Virus record (IMG/VR): IMGVR_UViG_2541047852_000002
DNA from: a virus
Taxonomy: Duplodnaviria > Heunggongvirae > Uroviricota > Caudoviricetes
DNA: 32,213 bases
Direction: 5' to 3' (one strand)
The notes beneath the pieces were generated by a model. It saw only the letters and a list, made by a program, of their open reading frames with translations. It was not told the origin of the DNA and made no database searches. Position numbers and translations under genes: made by a program. This document shows, in pieces, positions 19,172 to 29,971 of this stretch. How positions within the stretch are numbered: position 1 is the stretch's first letter; each line of letters starts with the position of its first letter.

Positions 19172-19719
19172 TGAGTACGATTGAAGCCATGCAGCGACAA
19201 CTCCTCGGCCTGATTGGGCGGGCAGTGGTGAAAAGCATCAGTGCCGCCACGAAATGTCAGACCGTGGATGTGTCCCTGATTGCCGGTGAACCCAAAGCCG
19301 GGGTTGAACATCTTGAACCCTACGGTTTTACCGCAAGGGCAAACAGCGGTGCGGAAGCGGTGGTGTTGTTTCCGGATGGTGACCGTTCTCATGCGGTGGT
19401 TGTTACGGTGTCGGACCGGCGCTACCGCCTGAAAGGGCTGCAGACGGGTGAGGTGGCGGTCTATGACGATCAGGGGCAGTCTGTGACGCTGACCCGGGAG
19501 GGGATCGTGGTGGACGGTGCAGGTAAAACGATCACGTTTCGCAATGCACCTGAAGCACGTTTTGAAATGGACCTGGAAGTGACAGGACAGGTGAAAGACC
19601 TGTGCGACTCCAGCGGCACCACCATGTCAGCGATGCGGCTTGCCTATAACGGGCATCGTCACAGAGAGAACGGTCAGGGCAGTAACACCGACAAACCTGA
19701 TAAAGCGATGGAGGCATGA
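19171..19719 (+). CDS. baseplate assembly / spike protein V-like
   Basis: 182 aa, position. Confidence 0.7.
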   Translation: MSTIEAMQRQLLGLIGRAVVKSISAATKCQTVDVSLIAGEPKAGVEHLEPYGFTARANSGAEAVVLFPDGDRSHAVVVTVSDRRYRLKGLQTGEVAVYDDQGQSVTLTREGIVVDGAGKTITFRNAPEARFEMDLEVTGQVKDLCDSSGTTMSAMRLAYNGHRHRENGQGSNTDKPDKAMEA

Positions 19720-20144
19720 TGGAACTGTGGCTGACGGTGAACGGTAAACGCACCTGCGCCAGCGCACCGCTGGATCCGCTGACCCGCGCCGTGGTGATTT
19801 CCCTGTTTACCTGGCGGCGGGCGGAGCCTGATGACAACGCCGACGTCCCGATGGGATGGTGGGGGGATACCTGGCCTGCGGTACAGAATGACCGTTACGG
19901 CTCCCGACTGTGGCTGCTTCAGCGCAGCAAACTGACCAATCAGCTGGTGCAGACGGTAAGGGGGTATATCCGCGAATGCCTGCAATGGATGATTGATGAC
20001 GGCGTGGTGTCCCGTATTGATCTGGATATCCTCCGCACCGGGATTAATGAACTGGGTAACAGTATCACTCTCTGGCGTCGTGACGGACCGGTAATGATTT
20101 CTTTAGATGATCTGTGGAGTGCGATAACGCATGGCGGACAGTGA
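19716..20144 (+). CDS. baseplate wedge protein (GPW/gp25 family)
   Basis: 142 aa, position. Confidence 0.7.
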   Translation: MMELWLTVNGKRTCASAPLDPLTRAVVISLFTWRRAEPDDNADVPMGWWGDTWPAVQNDRYGSRLWLLQRSKLTNQLVQTVRGYIRECLQWMIDDGVVSRIDLDILRTGINELGNSITLWRRDGPVMISLDDLWSAITHGGQ

Positions 20145-21189
20145 ATTTCAGCGCCCGACGCTGGCAGAAAATATCAGTATGCTCCGTAACGATTTATTCG
20201 CCAGGCTGGACGTCAGCGACACGCTCCGGCGCATGGATGAAGACGTGCGGGCAAAGGTGTATGCGGCGGCGCTGCATACGGTTTACGGGTACATCGATTA
20301 TCTGGCAATGAACATGCTGCCTGACCTGTGCGATGAGTCCTGGCTGGCGCGACATGCTGCGATGAAACGGTGTCCGCGCAAGGGGGCCACGACTGCCAGC
20401 GGGTATATGCGCTGGGAAGGCGTCAGCGATGGCCTGAAGGTGACCGCCGGGAGTGTTATTCAGCGCGATGACCTGATTCAGTACACGGCAACTGCCGATG
20501 CAACCAGCGCCGGTGGTGTCCTGCGCGTGCCGATCGCCTGCTCAAGTGCAGGCGCGGTCGGTAACGCTGACGACGGTACGTCATTAATCCTGGTCACGCC
20601 GGTTAATGGTCTGCCGTCTTCCGGCGTGGCAGACACTCTGACAGGTGGATTTGATACTGAAGAGCTGGAAACGTGGCGCGCCCGCGTCATTGAGCGGTAT
20701 TACTGGACGCCTCAGGGCGGGGCTGACGGGGACTATGTTGTCTGGGCTAAAGAATTGCCCGGCATTACCCGCGCATGGGCATACCGTCACTGGATGGGAA
20801 CGGGGACTGTCGGTGTGATGATTGCCAGCAGTGACCTGATTAATCCCATTCCGGAAGAATCAACGGAAACGGCGGCAAGACAACATATCGGGCCACTGGC
20901 CCCGGTGGCAGGCTCTGATTTGTATGTGTTCAGGCCGGTGGCGCATACGGTGGATTTTCATATCCGTGTGACGCCGGATACACCGGAAATACGGGCTGCC
21001 ATCACCGCGGAGTTGCGTTCGTTCCTGCTGCGTGATGGTTATCCGCAGGGAGAACTGAAGGTGTCGCGTATCAGTGAAGCGATTTCCGGTGCGAACGGGG
21101 AATACAGCCATCAATTGCTTGCACCGGCGGAAAATATCTCCATTGCAAAAAATGAACTGGCGGTTCTGGGGACGATTTCATGGGCGTGA
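20131..21189 (+). CDS. baseplate J-like protein
   Basis: 352 aa, position. Confidence 0.75.
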   Translation: MADSEFQRPTLAENISMLRNDLFARLDVSDTLRRMDEDVRAKVYAAALHTVYGYIDYLAMNMLPDLCDESWLARHAAMKRCPRKGATTASGYMRWEGVSDGLKVTAGSVIQRDDLIQYTATADATSAGGVLRVPIACSSAGAVGNADDGTSLILVTPVNGLPSSGVADTLTGGFDTEELETWRARVIERYYWTPQGGADGDYVVWAKELPGITRAWAYRHWMGTGTVGVMIASSDLINPIPEESTETAARQHIGPLAPVAGSDLYVFRPVAHTVDFHIRVTPDTPEIRAAITAELRSFLLRDGYPQGELKVSRISEAISGANGEYSHQLLAPAENISIAKNELAVLGTISWA

Positions 21190-21764
21190 CAAACGATGAT
21201 TACATCCGTCTGTTGTCGGCACTGCTGCCGCCCGGTCCGGCGTGGTCAGCCAGCGATCCGGCGATTGCCGGTGCGGCACAGTCATTAACCCGCGTTCATC
21301 AGCGTGCGGATGCCCTGATGCGGGAGCTGGATCCGCGCACCACCACCGAACTGATAAATCGCTGGGAGCGTCTGTGCGGCCTGCCGGATGAATGTATTCC
21401 CGCAGGAACACAGACCCTTCGCCAGCGTCAGCAACGACTGGATGCGAAGGTTAACCTGGCGGGCGGCATCAATGAGGATTTTTACCTTGCACAGCTTGCT
21501 GCCCTGGGCAGACCAGACGCCACCATCACGCGATACGACAAAAGCACGTTCACCTGCTCATCGGCCTGTACTGACGCGGTGAATGCGCCGGAATGGCGGT
21601 ATTACTGGCAGGTCAACATGCCAGCCGCCACCAACAGCACCTGGATGACATGTGGCGATCCCTGTGATTCCGCGCTGCGTATCTGGGGCGACACCGTCGT
21701 CGAATGTGTGCTTAACAAACTCTGCCCTTCGCATACCTACGTAATTTTTAAATATCCGGAGTAA
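21180..21764 (+). CDS. tail protein, Mu gp48 / e14 YmfQ-like (DUF2313)
   Basis: 194 aa, same length as e14 YmfQ as recalled; position before tail fibre. Confidence 0.65.
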   Translation: MGVTNDDYIRLLSALLPPGPAWSASDPAIAGAAQSLTRVHQRADALMRELDPRTTTELINRWERLCGLPDECIPAGTQTLRQRQQRLDAKVNLAGGINEDFYLAQLAALGRPDATITRYDKSTFTCSSACTDAVNAPEWRYYWQVNMPAATNSTWMTCGDPCDSALRIWGDTVVECVLNKLCPSHTYVIFKYPE

Positions 21765-21767
21765 TCC

Positions 21768-22511
21768 ATGCATCGTATAGACACGAAAACCGCGCAGAAG
21801 GATAAGTTCGGCGCGGGTAAGAACGGTTTTACCCGTGGTAACCCCCAGACAGGCACGCCTGCCACCGATCTGGATGATGACTACTTTGACATGTTGCAGG
21901 AAGAACTCTGCAGCGTGGTGGAGGCATCCGGTGCCAGTCTGGAGAAGGCGCGGCACGACCAGCTGCTTACCGCGCTTCGTGCGCTGCTGTTAAGCCGCAA
22001 GAATCCGTTTAGCGATATCAAATCGGACGGCACGGTGAAAACGGCTCTCGAAAACCTTGGTTTGGGAGAAGGCTCTGCATTACCTGTTGGTGTGCCTGTT
22101 CCATGGCCTTCAGCCACACCGCCAACAGGCTGGCTGAAATGCAACGGTGCGGCTTTTTCTGCTGAAGAATACCCGGAACTGGCAAAGGCTTATCCGACAA
22201 ATAAATTGCCTGATTTACGTGGTGAGTTTATTCGTGGCTGGGATGATGGGCGCGGCGTTGATTCAAGGCGTGCGGTGCTGTCAACACAAGAGCCAACTGT
22301 AGGTACTTTTTATGTGGAGCTAGCTATCATCTCGGGAACTTTGAGCGGCTCAGGTGCTAAATTTACCGATTCAGTAGGGATTGGATCAACCAGTAGTAAC
22401 ATTACCGTTAGCAACGGTAATGACCAGTCCGTGTCGGGTACAGTGGCCGTTAACCCCGTCGATACCCGTCCACGCAACATTGCATTTAACTATATCGTGA
22501 GAGCAGCATAA
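21768..22511 (+). CDS. tail fibre protein; constant N-terminus fused to invertible C-terminal segment at the crossover site near 22057
   Basis: Crossover site encodes LENLGLGEG in frame. Confidence 0.85.
   Translation: MHRIDTKTAQKDKFGAGKNGFTRGNPQTGTPATDLDDDYFDMLQEELCSVVEASGASLEKARHDQLLTALRALLLSRKNPFSDIKSDGTVKTALENLGLGEGSALPVGVPVPWPSATPPTGWLKCNGAAFSAEEYPELAKAYPTNKLPDLRGEFIRGWDDGRGVDSRRAVLSTQEPTVGTFYVELAIISGTLSGSGAKFTDSVGIGSTSSNITVSNGNDQSVSGTVAVNPVDTRPRNIAFNYIVRAA
22045..22070 (+). repeat. Gin/Pin/Hin-type 26-bp recombination site, left
   Basis: Imperfect palindrome CTCTCGAAAACC-TT-GGTTTGGGAGAA; shares the 15-mer TTGGTTTGGGAGAAG in inverted orientation with 23971-23985. Confidence 0.75.
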
Positions 22512-23113
22512 TGGATAAAGCAATATTAAATAGTGGACTTGTTGCTACAAAGGCAGGGGATATTACCGTTTATAACTATGATGGTGAAACTCGGGAATAT
22601 ATTTCCACTTCAAGTGAATATCTTGCCGTTGGTGTTGGTATCCCGGCATATTCCTGTCTGGATGCACCAGGTATACATAAGGCGGGTTATGCTATCTGTC
22701 GTTCTGTGAATTTAAATTCATGGGAATATGTGCCAGACCATCGCGGTGAAATCGTCTATAACACCGAAACGGGAGAATCAAAACAAATCACAGCACCGGG
22801 TGATTACCCCGAAAATACAACCACTATTGCCCCATTAACGCCATACGATAAATGGGATGGTGAGAAATGGGTGACCGATACTGAGGCACAGCATAGCGCC
22901 GCAGTAGACGCGGCAGAAGCACAGCGTCAGTCACTGATTGATGCTGCAATGGCTTCCATCGGTCTGATTCAGCTGAAATTACAGGCCGGACGGAAGCTGA
23001 TGCAGGCAGAAACAACCCGGCTTAACGCTGTGCTGGATTACATTGACGCGGTGACGGCAACAAATACCAGCACAGCGCCGGATGTCATCTGGCCTGAACT
23101 GCCGGAGGCGTAG
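22511..23113 (+). CDS. tail fibre assembly protein (currently expressed orientation)
   Basis: 200 aa, follows fibre gene. Confidence 0.85.
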   Translation: MDKAILNSGLVATKAGDITVYNYDGETREYISTSSEYLAVGVGIPAYSCLDAPGIHKAGYAICRSVNLNSWEYVPDHRGEIVYNTETGESKQITAPGDYPENTTTIAPLTPYDKWDGEKWVTDTEAQHSAAVDAAEAQRQSLIDAAMASIGLIQLKLQAGRKLMQAETTRLNAVLDYIDAVTATNTSTAPDVIWPELPEA

Positions 23114-23528
23114 GCCATTCAATATCTGGCGCACAGGAAGTATCGACCAGTTCCAGTGCGTCCAGATAATCCAGCCACGAATTATATTGCGCCAGTTCCT
23201 CGCCTTTCAGACGACCAATAGCAGCTTTGCCAGGCCACTGATGGGTATTGATGTAGGTATTGACTTCTGAAACCAAAGATATTTTTTTCATTTCAGCCGT
23301 CAACACCTCATCCTCTTTTGAAGGGGGTGGGGAATTAATCCATACTGGCCGTCCTGAACTGTCAGCGCCAATTTCTTTCCCTTCTGGATGCAGACCAAGA
23401 AATTGCTCATATGTTTCTCTGGTAATTTCAATAACATCATCAGGAAGCGTTCCCGCATCCTCATATTCTGGAAACAATTCTTGCAGATAAAAACTTTTAC
23501 TTCCGGGTGAAAAGAATACTGAGTTCAT
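23085..23528 (-). CDS. alternative tail fibre assembly protein (silent orientation)
   Basis: Convergent with the expressed copy inside the invertible segment. Confidence 0.8.
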   Translation of the reverse strand: MNSVFFSPGSKSFYLQELFPEYEDAGTLPDDVIEITRETYEQFLGLHPEGKEIGADSSGRPVWINSPPPSKEDEVLTAEMKKISLVSEVNTYINTHQWPGKAAIGRLKGEELAQYNSWLDYLDALELVDTSCAPDIEWPTPPAVQAR

Positions 23529-23530
23529 TA

Positions 23531-23984
23531 TTACCGTCCAATGATTAACGCTGAGACGCTGGTATCTGAAGGAAAGGCTGCATTCAGTGGTTTGTCGACT
23601 TTGAACACAATCGTATTATTCCCCCTGACAGCGGCAAAAGAACAAACCGCCGTCGCGTATGAACCTGTAATATTACTGGATACACCACCATAAGCTGTTG
23701 TTGATACCAGAGGGATAACGCCCAGCACCTTATTAGGAAATACAAAGGGCAATGTGGCTGTGGCAATATAAGACTTATTAGAACCTGTGATGGCATAAGC
23801 ATTATCAGTCATTCCATTCATCGCCACTGGGCCGCTTATACTTACAGTAACCATCTGAATGATTAGCCCGTCAGGTTGACGAATCACAAAATTTCCATTG
23901 CCACCAGTAACCGTCCAGAAAGACATATCAGGGATTTGGTTTTCCCCGTTGCCCACATTCCGTTTTGCCGCTTCTCCCAAACCA
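23531..23984 (-). CDS. alternative tail fibre C-terminal segment (no own start; fused to constant region after inversion)
   Basis: Reads in frame through the second crossover site as NVGLGEAAK. Confidence 0.75.
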
Positions 23985-23997
23985 ACGTTTATGAAAA
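23972..23997 (-). repeat. Gin/Pin/Hin-type 26-bp recombination site, right (inverted)
   Basis: Inverted copy of the left site; just upstream of the invertase gene remnant. Confidence 0.75.
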
Positions 23998-24051
23998 TGC
24001 AGAAATAACGAGCAAATGGCATCATTCCTGCTTTTGTCAGGGAGATCTACC

Positions 24052-24180
24052 ATGCTTATTGGCTATGTACGTGTGTCAACAAATGACCAGAACACAGATC
24101 TACAACGTAATGCGCTGAACTGTGCAGGATGCGAGCTGATTTTTGAAGACAAGATAAGCGGTACAAAGTCCGAGACCTAG
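24052..24180 (+). pseudogene. pin: DNA invertase (serine recombinase, Pin/Gin/Hin family), truncated after 42 codons
   Basis: MLIGYVRVSTNDQNTDLQRNAL... is the conserved invertase N-terminus including the catalytic Ser region; frame ends at TAG 24178-24180 where similarity stops. Confidence 0.85.
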
Positions 24181-24275
24181 GGCTGACACTGCTGTTCTTG
24201 ATGCAAATTAAAGTATTTAATAGTGAGTAGCGGCCTTACTAATGTAAGGCCACTATAATCATTTTATTAATTGCA

Positions 24276-26168
24276 TTAATCGTGTTTTGGCCATACTTTC
24301 AATGCAATTTCCCCCAACTTTTTACCCCGCTCCAGGATTTCATCCTCATCCCATTTATCCTTAACTATAAGTGGAATGTTCAGTCGTAGATTGGTGTGGA
24401 CGATGAGAGCATCACGTTTTTTCAGAAATACAGCATTCTGAACAGAACGGTTTACGCTAAGGTTAAGCAAAGTTAGATTTCCCAAAGTAGATATCGCTTG
24501 TTGCCGTTTCCTTACCAGTAGCTGTTCAGGGGTAAGATCGGTTCCAGACAGAACAATTTGGTTCAATACCGTAGCATCTGAATTTGTCACCATACGACCA
24601 TTTTCGAGAGGCCAACAGGAATACCAACTTTGAGGCATAAGATGATCGATATCGAGATTAGAAAGATTTGGAACATCAGGCTTTTCTGTCTTTACTTGGC
24701 GACAAAGTTCTCTTTCAAGTTCCGTTAACATTGAGCGCATTTTCGGTGCGTCGAGCCTGCCAGGATAAAGTGGAGCATTGATGCAAGCGTTGAGAAATTC
24801 TGAGTCACCAGGCCAACGTGAGGCTTCGCCATTTAAGTTATTGAGGATATTACGTAACTCAACACTGGAAATTTCCGTTTTAGCCAAGTGCCGCAATACA
24901 TTCATAAATACATTGTTGTAATTCTTTGGCGTCAGGCCACATACGGCTCTTCGTACTACGTAGGAGACAAGATCATTATACATGGCTGCTTTCTCATCAT
25001 CAGCGATGTTAGCTATCGAAATGAACAAAGCAAGCGGATAAAGTGTCGTCACATCATAGTCTGCGATGCGATATCCAAAGTGTGAGATGGGGGTTGTGCC
25101 AAAACCATCAACCAATTCTTTATATTGTGATGCATATTGTTTGAGGCGCTTTACTTGCAGATCTGCTCGTTGTGAAGACAAGTCCTTACTTACATAATCA
25201 CGATACTCATTGTAAAGGCGAGACAGATCAATTTCACGTTGCCTTTCTGATTGCAATGTCGCATGTACTAGCCACTCCATGCGTGGTTTATTAATACGTC
25301 CACGGCGTTGTTTTTCCGACCAGTATTTATCTTCAAAGCTCTTCCACTCATTTTCATATAATTCAATAGCATTAATATTTTCATGCTCAGCGCACATAAA
25401 GATATAGTTGCGAATAAGATCCGTAGCATGAAGTTCCGCCCCTCGCCCATTTAATGTTTCAAAAATTATTTGGGCATCATCTTCAGCTTCGAGAAATATG
25501 CTTACCAGTTTCAGATCTGTTAAGACAGCCTCAATTAGAGCTACAGCATTTTCTTGTGGTGAGTGGTTTTCTATTTTAATCCATTTTATAAAGGCTTCAG
25601 TAAAAAAACATAATGCTTCTAGTGATGGCGGGTGATTAAAATGCTTACGCAACGTACCATGCTGCGTGAAACTATCAGAGAATACGTCCCGGAGATCGTC
25701 AATATTTTCAACATTAAAACTTTGAATAAAATGAGTTTGATCCCGAAAAGTTGGCCACAGTTTGAAGCGTTCTACTTCTTTATTTCGCATTGTGTCTTCG
25801 TTTGAGTTTTTCAGGCAAGGCGAAATGAGAGCCTCTAAGCTGGAAAGATCCGTAGCACGTAATGCTAATCGGATGGATGCCAGAACATATTGAAGAGTGG
25901 TCAATCGTTGCTGACCATCAATAATATGTATGGAATCTACACCTAATAATCCTTTTTTTGATTGAGGTTCCAGTACAACCGCACCAAGGAAATGGGGAGT
26001 TGGTTTTGTACCCGAGAGCCGGGATTGTACTTTCTCTAGGATATCCTCCAGTAGAGCTGACCACTGGTCTTGCTGAGTCCATACATAGGCACGTTGATAG
26101 AATGGAACACAGTATTGTCGGCGGTCTTGAAAAAGTTGTTGGACAGTTAGCGTCTCGGATTTCATGGT
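24276..26168 (-). CDS. GmrSD-like type IV (modification-dependent) restriction endonuclease, DUF262 + DUF1524
   Basis: N-terminal DUF262 motifs (FYQRAYVW, DGQQRLTTL); C-terminal His-Me finger motifs (DIDHLMPQS, GNLTLLNLSVNRSVQN). Likely start ATG at 26168; track ORF extends to 26225. Confidence 0.85.
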   Translation of the reverse strand, partial: TMKSETLTVQQLFQDRRQYCVPFYQRAYVWTQQDQWSALLEDILEKVQSRLSGTKPTPHFLGAVVLEPQSKKGLLGVDSIHIIDGQQRLTTLQYVLASIRLALRATDLSSLEALISPCLKNSNEDTMRNKEVERFKLWPTFRDQTHFIQSFNVENIDDLRDVFSDSFTQHGTLRKHFNHPPSLEALCFFTEAFIKWIKIENHSPQENAVALIEAVLTDLKLVSIFLEAEDDAQIIFETLNGRGAELHATDLIRNYIFMCAEHENINAIELYENEWKSFEDKYWSEKQRRGRINKPRMEWLVHATLQSERQREIDLSRLYNEYRDYVSKDLSSQRADLQVKRLKQYASQYKELVDGFGTTPISHFGYRIADYDVTTLYPLALFISIANIADDEKAAMYNDLVSYVVRRAVCGLTPKNYNNVFMNVLRHLAKTEISSVELRNILNNLNGEASRWPGDSEFLNACINAPLYPGRLDAPKMRSMLTELERELCRQVKTEKPDVPNLSNLDIDHLMPQSWYSCWPLENGRMVTNSDATVLNQIVLSGTDLTPEQLLVRKRQQAISTLGNLTLLNLSVNRSVQNAVFLKKRDALIVHTNLRLNIPLIVKDKWDEDEILERGKKLGEIALKVWPKHD

Positions 26169-26520
26169 ATACCTGTAAGCGACATTGTACAAAAGTGAGG
26201 AGTTAATCTGATTTAGAACAATCATTTTATTTTGCTATGATACAACGTATTTGTTACCGATTAAGTAAAAAACGCGTCTGAACGCTGACGTTTTAGGGCT
26301 TTACTGGTTATTCTTTCTTATCTCTTCATCATCCCATCGGCATCCTGTCGAGGTTGTTGACTTGTTGTTATTTATTTTGTCTAGGCGCTGTTTAATTATT
26401 ATTGATAGAATTGATGGTGAGAGGTGATTGAAACCGTAGGCACGTCGTTTGCAAGGACGTGCTACGACTGGCTGGTGAACTTCCGATAGTGCGAGTATTG
26501 AATGATTTCCTACGTGCTAA

Positions 26521-26768
26521 CTAGTGAACAAACAACTCTTCAGTAGACTCTCAGGTATCATTCAGAGTTTCCTGAACGAAAGTTTTAGCTCAATCTTTAT
26601 CTGCAGTATGTCTAACTGAAAAACTATCGTTGCTGGTGGCTTTTACGATCATCTCCACATCGTCATAACGCTTGCCAATGTGTTGGGTTAATTCTTCCTT
26701 TAACGCGTCCACAGCGCCGTTTGGCATTTGGTCATTTTGTCTTTGGCTATGGAGATCTCAATACGCAT
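26521..26768 (-). pseudogene. dinI-family (DNA-damage-inducible protein I-like) pseudogene
   Basis: [14 protein letters not shown] then, after a 1-nt shift, [45 protein letters not shown], an in-frame TGA, AKTFVQETLNDT and a second TGA; matches the DinI pattern recalled from memory. Confidence 0.6.
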
Positions 26769-26968
26769 AACACTTCTTTTGTACTGCGTTTGTAGACAGT
26801 ATTATTCTTATCTGTGTAAATAAACAGTATCAAGACTTCGTTTTAGCTGCATAAGAAAAAAGAGATGGATACATTCGGAAAGATTTTGATGGTGGTAGGC
26901 TAAGTGAATAGCCTAAAGGTGTTTTACCCCAATTATTCCCCGGTATTTCTCCGCATAAAAAACAATCA

Positions 26969-26995
26969 TAAAAAAACCAGCCATAATAGGCTGGT
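26969..26995 (-). terminator. rho-independent terminator immediately 3' of the tRNA-Pro fragment
   Basis: Minus-strand stem ACCAGCC/GGCTGGT with loop TATTAT followed by T7. Confidence 0.65.
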
Positions 26996-27009
26996 TCTTA
27001 AGGGATTTT

Positions 27010-27055
27010 TGGTCGGCACGAGAGGATTTGAACCTCCGCCCCCCGACACCCCATG
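27010..27055 (-). other. 3' fragment (about 45 nt, T-arm to CCA) of a tRNA-Pro (proL-like) gene; probable integration-site core (att junction)
   Basis: Minus strand reads CATGGGGTGTCGGGGGGCGGAGGTTCAAATCCTCTCGTGCCGACCA; the 5' half is degenerate and cannot form an acceptor stem or D-arm. proL sequence recalled from memory. Confidence 0.65.
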
Positions 27056-27165
27056 ATGGCGAGCTACGATCTTAAGGGCTGTTATGTGCCAGAAACAGAG
27101 ATTTTTATATTCCTCACTCTGGAAATCATAATGCTAACTAGTAGGGATTATAAGTTGTCAATTGA

Positions 27166-27990
<825 letters not shown>

Positions 27991-28200
27991 TTTCGGAATG
28001 GAACTGGATTTCATATTGTGGTCAATTTTCGCACATGATGAGAGAGAGCCCGCGATAGTTGGCTCTTTTGTGCAAAGTCTGACCAATATTTATTCCCCTC
28101 ACTGGACGTTACACTCAGACTATCCACTGCTGACATGCCAGTGATTTAAAAGGAATGCTGCTGATTTAAATAGCGAAAACTTCACTAAAGAGGATGTAAA

Positions 28201-28494
28201 ATGACACTACCCAAGTTCAGGAATGACCTACAAGTTGAAGCTAATTACTCTATCAATCAAGCCCGTGAAATGGTTGGGAAAACGGTGAAATCTGTCCAGA
28301 TTGGTTTTCAGAAAACTGGAGTACAGGTTCATCAGACTGAAATGCTAATCATCACGTTTACAGATGACACTCAACTTGCCATCTCAACAGGTTCAAACGT
28401 TGTAAACATAACGTCGTTAATTGGGCGTGGTGGCAGTTGCGAGCTTAAGCCTGCGGATTTTCACGTAGATTTTGATTTGACCTGGCAAAGATGA
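28201..28494 (+). CDS. hypothetical small protein (97 aa)
   Basis: Strong SD (AAAGAGGA) upstream of ATG; followed by hairpin terminator. Confidence 0.6.
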   Translation: MTLPKFRNDLQVEANYSINQAREMVGKTVKSVQIGFQKTGVQVHQTEMLIITFTDDTQLAISTGSNVVNITSLIGRGGSCELKPADFHVDFDLTWQR

Positions 28495-28500
28495 CAAATC

Positions 28501-28556
28501 CGGCCGTGCCAGCGGCCTTTTTCATGCTCGTCCTGCTGGCACGGCCGCAAACCTAA
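28501..28556. terminator. bidirectional terminator between convergent genes
   Basis: GGCCG/CGGCC hairpin plus T5 on the plus strand; longer inverted repeat CGGCCGTGCCAGC/GCTGGCACGGCCG serving the minus strand. Confidence 0.6.
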
Positions 28557-28757
28557 TCCTGTAAGGTGACACTTAAGCGTGTCAGAACTGCGCAATAACA
28601 ACCTTCACTTTTCCTTCCGCGTCTTTAGATTCCAGATCGGTTTTCACGCCCAAAGGATTATTTATGTAGCAATCCGGGTCATATACAAACAAGATCAACG
28701 TATTGAACCGCCCCGGGAATCCTGGAGACTAAACTTCCTGAGAAAGAGGTAAACAGG

Positions 28758-29084
28758 ATGACTAAAAATACTCGTTTTTCCCCCGAAGTCCGTCAACGGG
28801 CAGTCCGTATGGTTCTGGAAAGTCAGAGCGAATATGACTCACAATGGGCGACAATTTGTTCCATTGCTCCAAAGATTGGCTGTACGCCGGAGACTCTGCG
28901 TGTCTGGGTTCGCCAGCATGAGCGGGATACCGGGGGCGGTGATGGAGGGCTCACCACCGCTGAACGTCAGCGTCTGAAAGAGCTGGAACGTGAAAATCGT
29001 GAACTGCGCCGCAGTAACGATATCCTTCGCCAGGCTTCCGCTTATTTTGCGAAGGCGGAGTTCGACCGCCTCTGGAAAAAATGA
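28758..29084 (+). CDS. IS3-family transposase OrfA
   Basis: Identical to 888-1214. Confidence 0.93.
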   Translation: MTKNTRFSPEVRQRAVRMVLESQSEYDSQWATICSIAPKIGCTPETLRVWVRQHERDTGGGDGGLTTAERQRLKELERENRELRRSNDILRQASAYFAKAEFDRLWKK

Positions 29085-29971
29085 TGCCACTGCTGGATAA
29101 GCTGCGTGAGCAGTACGGGGTCGGACCGCTATGCAGCGAACTGCATATTGCCCCGTCAACGTATTACCACTGTCAGCAACAGCGACATCATCCGGATAAA
29201 CGCAGTGCCCGTGCGCAGCGCGATGACTGGCTGAAGAAAGAGATACAGCGCGTATACGATGAAAATCACAAGGTATACGGTGTGCGTAAAGTCTGGCGTC
29301 AGTTGTTACGGGAAGGTATCAGAGTGGCCAGATGCACTGTGGCACGTCTCATGGCGGTTATGGGACTTGCCGGTGTTCTCCGGGGTAAAAAGGTCCGTAC
29401 GACCATCAGCCGGAAAGCCGTTGCCGCAGGCGACCGCGTAAACCGTCAGTTCGTGGCAGAACGACCTGACCAGCTGTGGGTGGCTGATTTTACTTACGTC
29501 AGCACATGGCGGGGCTTCGTCTATGTGGCGTTCATCATTGATGTGTTTGCCGGATACATCGTGGGGTGGCGGGTCTCATCGTCCATGGAAACGACATTCG
29601 TGCTGGATGCACTGGAGCAGGCGTTATGGGCCCGTCGACCGTCCGGCACGGTCCATCACAGTGATAAAGGTTCTCAGTATGTATCGCTGGCCTACACACA
29701 GCGGCTTAAGGAAGCCGGATTACTGGCATCAACAGGAAGTACAGGCGACTCGTATGACAACGCGATGGCGGAGAGCATCAATGGTCTTTACAAAGCGGAG
29801 GTAATACACCGTAAGAGCTGGAAAAACCGTGCAGAAGTGGAACTGGCCACACTCACGTGGGTGGACTGGTATAACAATCGACGATTGCTGGAAAGGCTGG
29901 GCCATACTCCTCCGGCAGAAGCAGAAAAAGCTTATTATGCTTCCATCGGAAACGATGATCTGGCAGCCTGA
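29081..29971 (+). CDS. IS3-family transposase OrfB
   Basis: Identical to 1-891; A6 run at 29076-29081 at the OrfA/OrfB overlap. Confidence 0.93.
   Translation: MMPLLDKLREQYGVGPLCSELHIAPSTYYHCQQQRHHPDKRSARAQRDDWLKKEIQRVYDENHKVYGVRKVWRQLLREGIRVARCTVARLMAVMGLAGVLRGKKVRTTISRKAVAAGDRVNRQFVAERPDQLWVADFTYVSTWRGFVYVAFIIDVFAGYIVGWRVSSSMETTFVLDALEQALWARRPSGTVHHSDKGSQYVSLAYTQRLKEAGLLASTGSTGDSYDNAMAESINGLYKAEVIHRKSWKNRAEVELATLTWVDWYNNRRLLERLGHTPPAEAEKAYYASIGNDDLAA

Noticed and set aside
27010-27095. Possible intact tRNA-Pro gene
   Set aside because: Only the 3' 45 nt match; the upstream sequence cannot form a proper acceptor stem or D-arm and the candidate would be about 82 nt long, so this is a fragment (att core), not a functional tRNA.
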